From assembly GCA_951406725.2 (NCBI GenBank), contig OX597836.1, forward strand, positions 6,262,001 to 6,326,000: a DNA stretch of 64,000 nt. The letters run 5' to 3'. Source of the stretch: Octopus vulgaris. Lineage: Eukaryota. Below, piece by piece: positions 53,500-64,000 of the stretch. The first letter of the stretch is position 1. Each line of letters begins with the position of its first letter. The notes beneath the pieces are model-generated. The model had not been told where the DNA came from, did no database searches, and worked only from the letters and a program-made list of their open reading frames with translations. Position numbers and translations under genes: made by a program.

Positions 53500-54616
53500 A
53501 TACATATATATATACATATATATAAAACAAAGTTATTTTATTCCACCAGGGTAGAAATATAGAAAAAAGAAGTTGAAACTGCACTGGGATTTGGTTATAA
53601 TTAGTATTTTGTTTTGAGATGTTTAAAGATTTAACCAATTCCACAGATTTCCCTGGTTTTCAAAGGCTGAGACAGAAAGACATGGAGCCATGCTGCAACT
53701 GATTGGAGTTCAAAATTTGTTTTTGTAGAGAAAACAAGGCTAAAATTCATATCCGCTCTGGATGCAGTTTGATTGGCTGAGGGTGACCAGGTGACTAGGT
53801 TTAGAAATCTTTGGAAGTTCCTGTTTGCTTATGCAAATTGACACCCAGGACTTATTCTTTGTAAGCCTAGTACTTATTCTATCGGTCCCTTTTGCCAAAC
53901 TGCCAAGTTACGGGGACGTAAACACACCAGCATTGGTTGTCAAGCGATGTTGGGGGGACAAACACAGACACACAAACATACACACATACACACAGATATA
54001 TATATACACATATATACGACGGGCTTCTTTCAGTTTCCGTCTCCCAAATCCACTCACAAGGCTTTGGTTGGCCCAAGGCTATAGTAGAAGACACTTGCCC
54101 AAGGTGCCACGCAGTGGGACTGAAGCCGGAACCAAGCTACTTACCACACAGCCACTCCTATACCTATAGATAATTGTGTAAGAAAACTTATTGCGGACAT
54201 GCACACAAATATTTATCAAAATACATTTGCCTTTTGCTAGACAAAAGTTGTTTTATGAAATCACTAAACGTGTCCTCAAATACCTGTTGCCCTGTATACG
54301 TAGAATTAAAAGTATGTGTTTACAGGCCCACCTCTCGATCCACACATTCCTCTATTCTGTCAGGCCTGTTGTGAAATAGTTTCGGCTTAATTAAGCATTG
54401 AGGTTGACGAAAACTTGTTTTCACATCCTGCGACTGCTGTTACTTTTAATAATGTCCTTAAAAGAAGGTCTATTGTAATTTGTACATTGTAGTTTGTGTT
54501 TTATTTTCTTCTTTAGGGGGAGAGGATTTTTGGTGACTGATTTTGGAAAATCCCGTAAAACACCACCATCGCCATCATCATCATCATCATCATCATTATC
54601 ATCAATAATAATAATG

Positions 54617-54653
<37 letters not shown>

Positions 54654-54661
54654 TAATAATG

Positions 54662-54706
<45 letters not shown>

Positions 54707-54720
54707 TAATAAAAGTAATA

Positions 54721-55290
54721 GATGCCCTGATGCAATACCAGGTAGTGGCCCTCATGGTTTTCCATCTTAACTGATTGGAAGTGTTATCATGTACACTGTT
54801 TTGTCTTAGTATAAAAGATGGGCTGCAGCAAATATTCTGCTCAATACCACAGATTTGCTTGTCAGTTGTTTGACCTTAACCAGTTGAGCATGTCCCTTAG
54901 TGGCTGACGATATGTGCATCTCTGATCACGAGCAGAAGTAGTGGGGGAGCATCATAACCATGTGTTGAGAGGGATTCTATGGGGTTTGAATAATTCACCT
55001 CTGGAAACATGTGTGTTTCGTTTAACATCCTTAAACAACCCTTATTCAGTGACCTTTTGAGCAGGATGGGTTACTCGACCAGAAGAAAATTCTAACTGGG
55101 CCCCACCTGCAAGGTCATGCGCTGTTTATCTTGATATGAGATCACCATGTTGCGCACATATGGTTGTGATGCATGTGCCTAGTGTACCCTTATCAGATGG
55201 GTAGTCATGATGGGTATACTGGGCTTTGTATATTTTACCCCAGTGTCACTTTGATGGCATGCACTGCTCTCTCACTGAGTAATAATAATT
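54721..55290 (+). mobile_element. About 560-bp non-coding retroelement embedded in (AAT)n; other copies at 62640-63090 (-) and 47675-47886 (-)
   Basis: Three near-identical copies in the window. The 3' end is ctctctcactsaATAATAAT and the copies abut AAT/TTA repeats. Confidence 0.75.
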
Positions 55291-55297
55291 ATAATAG

Positions 55298-55668
55298 TAA
55301 CATGAGCACTCAGAGAGCGCAAACTTCTGCCAAAGCAACACCAACGTCCTCTCAACAATTAGCCAGAGATGATTTTTAAAATGAGAATATCTGAAATAAA
55401 CTCAACTGTCCTCACAAATGAGAATACTAAAAATGAACCCGACCACTCACAAAAATTAAGTAACAAAACAGGAACAAAAATCCCGTATCCTTGTCCGGTA
55501 CTGGATCAATCCCAAAATCTAATCCGTTTGTGCTAGTCACGAGGCCAAACATCCCTGAAAGTTTCATCTGAATCCATCCAGCGGTTCTTGAGATACGTTG
55601 CCCACGGACAAACAAACAAACACAACTGAAAACAATATCTCTGCCATAGCGAAGGCGGAGGTAATTAT
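55298..55668 (-). mobile_element. Helentron/DINE-1-like non-autonomous element
   Basis: On the minus strand it begins ATTACCTCCGCCTTCG, then a (GTTT)n/ctgtcc microsatellite and ATCTCAAGAACCGCTGGATGGATTCAGATGAAACTT, typical of this class. Confidence 0.55.
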
Positions 55669-56864
55669 AATCTAAGACTAACCCCAATTGTTCAAAATGG
55701 TTTAATTAATTTACGTGGGTTAAGGTAAGATGAATTATTATTTTTTAATTCTGTTGTGCCACTACGTCGTATTTTTACGCTTCTGCTAATGTTATCACTG
55801 TGGCATGCTTAATAAAATTCCCAATCGATCAAGGGAAATCAATATCCGGTTTGTTTTGCTAAAGTTTCAATCTGACGGATTCCAAGAAAAAATATTTCAT
55901 CATTTTATTTTACCAAGAAATCAAAGTGAAAACGAAACTACTGGTACCAGAAGTGGTGGTGGTGGTGGTGGTTTTGGTGTTTGTTGGATGACGATGGGGG
56001 AGAGGAAGGTAGTGACGTGGTGAGGGTGGCGATGGTGATGGGGTTTATAACGACTTGAAATATTTATTTCATTACTTTATTAATATTCAAGAGTGTTTAA
56101 AGATGGTGAGCTGCCCCAACCACTGGGCCATTGCGCCTCCACACACATATATAGACAAGACTTTCACCTGTCCCCACCAAACCACCCTTTAAAAAACTTT
56201 TTTTTTTTTCGGCACAATCCCCGTTTTTCGGCGGTGGATTTGGTAGACGGAAACTGAAAGAAGCCCGTCGTATATATGTATATGTATATATATGTATGTG
56301 TGTGTGAGTGTGTGTGCGTATGTTTATGTGTCTGTTTGTCTCCCCCCCACCCACCCAACATCGCTTGACAACCGATACTGGTGTGTTTACGTCCCTGTAA
56401 CTTAGTGGTTCAGCAAAAAAAAACCAATAGAATAAGTACTAGGCTTACAAAGAATACAGAATACGTCCTGGGGTTCGATTTGCCCGACTAAAGGCGGTGC
56501 TCCAGCATGGCCGCAGTCAGATGACTGAAACAAGTAAAAGGGTAATGAAATAAAATAAAATAAAGAAGTCCTGGCGGGGACGGGGTCCATTTATTCGAGT
56601 AAAAAACACTTCAAGGCGGTGCTCCAGCGTGGCCGCACTCAACTGACTGCAACAAACAAAAGAATACGTGTTCACCCAGAAAAATATATATATAGGCGCA
56701 GGAGTGGCTGTGTGGTAAGTAGCTTGCTTATGAACTACATGGTTCCGGGTTCAGTCCCACTGCGTGGCATCTTGGGCAAGTGTCTTCTGCTATAGCCCCG
56801 GGCCGACCAATGCCTTGTGAGTGGATTTGGTAGACGGAAACTGAAAGAAGCCTGTCGTATATAT

Positions 56865-56900
<36 letters not shown>

Positions 56901-57166
56901 TTGTGTGTCTGTGTTTGTCCCCCTAGCATTGCTTGACAACCGATGCTGGCTGGTGTGTTTACGTCCCCGTCACTTAGTGGTTCAGCAAAAAAAAACCAAT
57001 AGAATAAGTACTAGGCTTACAAAGAATACAGAATACGTCCTGGGGTTCGATTTGCCCGACTAAAGGCGGTGCTCCAGCATGGCCGCAGTCAAATGACTGA
57101 AACAAGTAAAAGAGTATATGAGTGAGTGCTTATACTGGTCTGTCTATTTATATATAAAGACTGCAG

Positions 57167-57200
<34 letters not shown>

Positions 57201-57479
57201 GTGTGTGTGACTGTCAGATGCTTAGAAACCAAAAGTGAAACAATTTCTGCCGGCAAAACCTAGAATTGACGCGTAAAATTCTTGGAAATAACTCCTACTT
57301 CACTTTCTCTTTGCCCTCTGCTTCGTCAGTCCCTCCCCTTCACTTCCTTTTACCCTATCCCCCTCTCTCATTCATTATTTACTCTCTTTTCCCCCTCCTT
57401 TCTTCCAATATATATATAGCTATAACTATTTCTGCTCTTTATCTTCCGCTCTTCCCTTTCTCTCTCTCTCTCTACTCTT

Positions 57480-57510
<31 letters not shown>

Positions 57511-57770
57511 TCTCCCCTACCTTTATTCCTTCCTTTCAAACTTTTTGGTTCCTCTATAACTCCTCCTCTCACCCTGTTACTCCGTCCCTCTCTTTTCTTA
57601 ACAAACCCCCTTCTCTCTCTTATTTTCTCCCTCCTTACCACTTTCCCTCTCACTTCTCTCTTCACTCTTTCCCTCTTTACAACACTCCCTTTCTCCACTT
57701 CTCTCCCCTTCCCTCTCTCTTACTTACGTTCCCATAACTCCTTCACCTTATCTATCTATCTGTCCGTCTT

Positions 57771-57803
<33 letters not shown>

Positions 57804-58018
57804 ACCCAACTTACCCCCTTTTCCTTCTCCACATCTCTCTAACTTTCTATGCACCCTCTCCTTCTTAGCCTCTCCTCACATAACCCCCCTCCTTCTACAC
57901 ATCTTTCTATCTATCTGTCCACTTTTACCCTCTCTTTCTCTGTCTATTCCCAACTTTCTATTCGTCCCCTCCTTACATAACCTCCCCCTTCTACACATCT
58001 TTCTACCTATCTATCTAC

Positions 58019-58127
<109 letters not shown>

Positions 58128-58945
58128 CGTCTCTCCCTCAACACCCTCTCTCTCTATATATATATATCTCACTCACTCTCTCCTCTTCCCCCAAGTCCAA
58201 TCACTGATCGCAGCTCTTTAAAAAAAGAAGGTATATATATAGCATAACCGCTAATTTACTTTCACATCGTTAAACTCTTACATAATTCGCGCACGATCGC
58301 GTGTATATATCATATATATATTATATATATATACACACGTATGATACATATAGACTGTCGCTGGAAAAAAAAAAGTTAATTGCTGCTGGGTTTGTCTTGT
58401 TGAACGTTAGTCTATCTTTATATATATTTCTCTCTCCCAAACTCTCTTAATTGCCCCAAAAAAAGTTTTTTCTATCCTACGTTGATCCACACCTAAATAC
58501 ACACGTGCGTACACGCTGTCTGTCACACATCTCAGACCTTACATATATATATATACACACACACGCGCAAACACACGTATATATGAGACAAAACGTGTGT
58601 GTGTGTGTGCGCACACGTTTTTGTATTTAATCTTTAATCTCTTCTGTTTCTGTTTTCGTCGTCGTAAACTGTTATCATAACACGCGCACGCGCGCTCTCA
58701 CACACGCACTCTCATGTCATATATCTTTGTGACACAGTCGCATCTTAAAGATACAGTGTAAACACACACACACACACGTTACACACACGTTACACACACC
58801 ACACACATGCTCACGCGTGTATATACGCTCGCACATTCATAGAAACGCATCTTTCACTTTATATCTCTCACTGCTACACACACACACACACACATACACA
58901 CACACATCGCAACAGACGCAGAGATACTGATACAAACATCACAAG

Positions 58946-58992
<47 letters not shown>

Positions 58993-59317
58993 TACATACA
59001 CTCGCTGACATCCACCAACGGACGCCGTTAACATACAACATATTGTCTTTCTCTCTTTCTCCCTCACACACACACACACACACACATAGACACATACACA
59101 TACATGTACCATTAGCAATCTAATACATACACACGCACACACACACACACAATACGATAAGGTGGACGCAGACAAGGACGCTCTTAAACAAATATACACA
59201 CAGCAGAGAAAAGAATATATATTTATATACACACACATACACACGTGCTCACATCTATATACACGCGTAGATATACACACACATATATACACACACGTAT
59301 ACACAGATACATACACA

Positions 59318-60094
59318 ATGAATCGTTTAGGAAGAAGATTGTGGCGGTTTAGTGTGGTCTACAGTAGAGACTATTGTAGTAGTAGTAGTAGAGGAGGTGG
59401 CGGCGGTGGTGGTGGTAGTGGTAGTAGTAGTAGTAGTAGTAGCAGTGGAGGTGGTGGCCGTGGAAGTCGAGGTGGTGTAGTGCTCACTGGTGTGTCGTTA
59501 GTGATGCTTGGTAGTACTAGTATCACACTGATGGCCTCAAATAAACAAGAGAAGGAACCAGTTTTATCCTCCGCAGAACCAAAGTTAACCTCCACAGTAC
59601 CAAAGCCATCCCCTACAGAGCCAAGCAAACCCGACACAAACCCAAACTTAGCTCCCACAGAACCAAACTTACCCTCCACAGAAACAAATTTACTCCCCAC
59701 AGAACTAGATTCACCCTCCACAGAACCAAATTTACCAGAACAGTTATGCTATGAGCCAGACTTATCCGAAGAGGACCTAGTCCCACGCAAGGAGAACCCT
59801 CTCGTTGCCTGTATCTCCCGCTTGCTGTGTAGGTTCAAAGTGGAGTCGAGCAGCCAATTCAGCGAGGACCAAAAGCCGTTGACTAAATCAAAGTTAGCTG
59901 GAAAGTTACCTACCTGTTGCGAGACTGATATTTCTAAAACTACCAAACAAGGCCCCACCAAAAACTGCATCACCCATGGTACTGCTGAGAAGTCGCAACA
60001 ATGCCCCCCTCCAGGACTTGTCCTCAAGAAGGCCCTTGTCATTTTCCGACACGGAGCGCGAACCCCCATTCTGACTATTCCCAACATCGAACAG
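59318..60094 (+). CDS. ACP6: Histidine acid phosphatase, most like lysophosphatidic acid phosphatase type 6; first coding exon
   Basis: ATG at 59318 after a CA-rich leader. Arg-rich N-terminus MNRLGRRLWRFS. Ends LVLKKALVIFRHGARTPILTIPNIEQ|gtttgt, containing the RHGxRxP catalytic motif and resembling ACP6 LK.VQV.FRHGARSP..P..EQ. 777 nt, phase 0. The ORF runs on into intronic microsatellite. Confidence 0.82.
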
Positions 60095-62603
60095 GTTTGT
60101 CCTCTTATTAATATTATTATTATTATTATTACACATTCTTTATTTTGTCATGCACTGCCCGTAATGTTTTCCTTAATGTTAACCCTTGTGGTTAATAAAG
60201 AAATCATCATCATCATTATTATTATTATTATCATCATTATTATTATTATTATCATCATCATCATCATATATACGTGTGTGTACTCCTACTTATTTTTCGT
60301 GTTCTACATCATCAATGGATTGGGAAGGATCATTGGATTGGCAGAACCGACAGAGCGTCGGACTTGTAGCCTGATGCCATGTAGTTACGTCCCCTTACGT
60401 TTCGAGTTCAAATCACGCCGTGGCCAACTTGGCTTTGCCATTTCTTTTTCTTTCCGTAAGGCGAGCGTAGTAGTGTTGGTGTTAACAGCTGTAGTGATCG
60501 ATAAAATGGTAAGATTTCTAGAAAGATATATACCGGGTGTTGATTTATCATTTCTATAAAGTATTTCGAAGATTTGAATCGAGTTGTGTAACATAACATC
60601 GTCAGACACGTCTGTCGATGTTACGAGATTCTTTGGCGTTATTAATTCAATTTTTATTATTTATTTTCCCCCTAAACTGGAATTGAAAAAAATTAGAATG
60701 TGGAATAGAGAGAAGGGGGTTCTTGACCCACGTCCCTTAGAAGACCCACAATTACCACGACGACAAAAAAAGGGAGATCTGTAAACAAACGACTGTCAGT
60801 TGTACTGACAACATGACAACGAAGTGACGTATTAGATATAGCAGCTGAACCTCCCTCAAATCACAAAACCTACTGATTTTACTACATTCAGTCCTAAATA
60901 AATAAAGATTCCAAGTTTTGGCACAAGGCCAGCAATTTCGAGGGAGGGGTGTAGTAGTAGTAGTAGTAGTAGTAGCAATAATTCATAATGGTTAATGTTT
61001 ATAATCTTTTCTAGTAAAAGCACGAGGCCTGCAATTTGGTTTGAGGGCGTGGTCGATTATATCGACCCCGGTGTTTCACTGGTACTTGATTTATCGAACA
61101 CCTCGAAAGGATGACGGGCAAAGTCGACCTCGGCGGATTTCGAAATCAGGACGAGGAATAATAATAATTATAATTATAATAATAATGACACTAATGGTTT
61201 CAAATTTTTGGATCAAGGCCCGCAATTTCGGAGGAGGAGGTAAGTAGTAGTAGTAGTAGTAGTAGGCAGCTGGCATATTGGATAATTTACAAAAGACCGG
61301 CTGGATGGCCACGACTGAAACGGACAGACTTTAAGCAGCATGAGAATCGGGGGAGTTGGGGTGGGATTCGACTAGAGCAGGGATGACTGAGGGCTATACA
61401 CCATCATCAGCATCATCATCATCATCAACAACAATGGCATATGCCTAATTTCATCCCCCCTCTTCGCTCCTTTATCATCATCATCATCATCGTCAACATC
61501 ATCGTATTCTTGTGTTTCTATCTAATTTTATTTATTGGACTATATAGTCATTAGGGTAATGATGTACTGAAGCAGATCCTATGATCAAAGCCTTCCACAC
61601 GTGACCACTACGTCTTCTGTTCAGTCATAGTTTATCTAGGACTACATTGTCTGATGTGTCAATGCCCACCTCTCTCAATACAAGATGGTGTGATGCGATA
61701 TATGATTTGGGGGGAGGTTAGGCTGCTGTTTCTAGCAGTTGGATTGACCGCCTTGATGATTATCTCATTGGCTAGTGCTTATGTTGTGGGCATATGTGTG
61801 TGTGTGTGTGTATGTTGTGTGTGTTGTGTGTGGATGTGTGTGAGAGGGAGAAAGAGAGAGACTGAAGTAGAGAGAGAGGTGTGTTACCACGTTCATAGCG
61901 GCGTGATAACAACAGATAGGAGCTAATCCACAATAATGAGAGAAGAAAAAAAAAGCCCTCATCAATATCTGTGTCATGTCCATACGCACCACCATCAACA
62001 ACAATGCCGTCATCGACCCTGCCACCATCACCGATAACACCATCATTATCAGAAACAGCATTGCCGCTATCAACACCATCATCATCAACAAACAGTTACA
62101 TCACTACCGCCACAATTAGCGGCACCGCCTCCACCATCACCACCAACATTCAACATTAACACCGCCATCATCATCATCATCACCACCACCACCGCCACCC
62201 TCACCAACACTCCTAGCATTAACACCACTGGCACCATCGGCACCACCACTACCTCTCCATAATCCTGCTCACCATCATCAAGAACAATACCATCATCACC
62301 ACCACCGCCACCACCACAATCAGCAGCTCCGCCACCACCAACATTCAACATCAACATTGCCATCACCATCACCACCACCACCACCACCATTAACATCGCT
62401 ACTATCATCAAAATCTGCCCACACCCCACCTCTATTCATGATATCCTCGTTAACCAAGGTGGTGCACTGGCAGAATCGTTAGTACACCAGGTAAAAATGC
62501 TTGGTGGCATTTCATCTGTCTTTAAAATAAGGACCTGTCAAGCATTTAACTGACTTACTCCATCCCCCAAAATTGCTGGCCTTGTGCCAAAATTTGAAAC
62601 CAA

Positions 62604-62637
<34 letters not shown>

Positions 62638-63226
62638 GAGTGAGAGAGCAGTGTGTGCCATCAAAGTGACACCGGGGTAAAATATACGAAGCCCAGTATA
62701 CCCATCATAACTACCTGTCTGATAAGGGTACACTCGGCACCTGCATCACAGCCATGTGTGCGCGACATGGTGATCCCATATCAAGATAAACAGCGCATGA
62801 CTTTGCAGGTGGGACCCAGTTAGAATTTTCTTCTGGTCGAGTAACCCATCCCGCTCAAAAGTTCCTTGAATAAGGGTTGTTTAAGGATGTTGAATGAACA
62901 ACCCATGTTTCCAAAGGTGAATTATTCAGAGATGCACATATCGTCAGCCACTAAGGGACATGCTCAACTGGTTAAGGTCAAACAACTGACAAGCAAATCT
63001 GAGGTATTGAGCAGAATATTTGCTGTAGCCCATCTTTCATACCAAGACAAAACAATGTACATGATAACACTTCCAATCGGTTAAGATTTATTATTATTAT
63101 TATTCAGTAGTCTTTGCCTTTCGTCCTTTCAGGATCAATAAATTAAGTACCAGTGAAACACTGGGGTCAGTGTCATAGACTACTCTCCTCCCCAAAATTT
63201 CAGGCCCTGTGCCTATAGTAGAAAGG

Positions 63227-63263
<37 letters not shown>

Positions 63264-63364
63264 TTTTCTATTCTAGGCTCAAGGCCCCAAATTTTGGGTG
63301 AGGGGGCCTGTTGATTAGATTGATCCAGTATGCAAATGTTTGTGTGAAAGATAGGGATTTTATT

Positions 63365-63620
63365 TAGCTTGACACGTCTTACCAAATACAGCAAATCTCC
63401 TCATCTCCAATCCCTTATCATTTCTTCAGTGAGGCCCAGTCTCCAAAGATCCATTTTCACCACTTTGTCCCACATCTACCTGGCTCTACCCCTTCCACAG
63501 GTACCCTCCACAGTTAAAGCTCAGCACTTCTTTACACATCTGTCCTCATCCATACGCATCACATGACCATACCAGCACATTCTTCTCTCTTGCACACAAC
63601 ATCTGATGCTTTTTATACCC
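63365..63620 (-). mobile_element. RTE LINE fragment
   Basis: The minus strand encodes VQERRMCWYGHVMRMDED...G...RGRAR, the RTE C-terminal W.GHV.RM motif. Confidence 0.7.
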
Positions 63621-64000
63621 CTCTTATGTCCCCCTACCTTTCTATACTCCTTTCCCTGAAATTGCTGGCCTTGTGCCAAAATATAAAATTAATATATGTG
63701 TCCTTGTTTGTCCCCTCTATGTTTAACCCCTTGTGGGCAATAAAGAAATAAGGAACATTAGGAAGCTGGGCGAAGTGCTTAGCTGTATTTCATCTGTCGC
63801 TATGTTCTGAGGTTGACTTTGCCTTTGATCCTTTCGTGGTTCATAAATTAAGTACTAGTCATATACTGGGGTCGATGTGATCAATTGTCCCTCTCCCCTA
63901 AGAATTCCTGGCCTTGTGCCTATAGTAGAAAGGATTACAACTACTATGTATCTGCATAGGGGCAGACGTTTTGAAGGTAATGACCATGGGCTCTGGGATT

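Noticed and set aside
60095-60559. C-terminal part of the 465-aa ORF as coding sequence
   Set aside because: It follows a donor site at the expected ACP6 exon end and consists of (ATT/ATC)n and SINE remnants, so it is intronic.

Overview
Repeat-rich, AT-rich animal genomic DNA. The SINE families and microsatellite load point to an octopus (coleoid cephalopod); this is inferred from repeat content only. Two protein-coding genes are supported. (1) A divergent Cdc20/Fizzy-family APC/C co-activator on the minus strand, with five hand-assembled, phase-compatible GT-AG exons (30321-30003, 24285-24148, 15620-15418, 14336-14239, 11646-11436). Its remaining WD40 exons were not found and probably lie left of the window. 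(2) The first coding exon of an ACP6-like histidine acid phosphatase (RHGARTP) on the plus strand at 59318-60094. Nearly all long ORFs in the supplied track are microsatellite artefacts. The rest is SINEs, LINE and Penelope remnants, MULE-, pogo- and Helitron-like elements and a 3.3-kb (TACA)n array. Most notable: a minimal hammerhead ribozyme present on both strands as a near-perfect hairpin in intron 2 of the Cdc20-like gene; altered Mad2-binding and KEN-receptor motifs in that protein; a nested long-TIR element carrying non-TIR DNA; and a CpG-depleted domain of about 12 kb with no visible gene.
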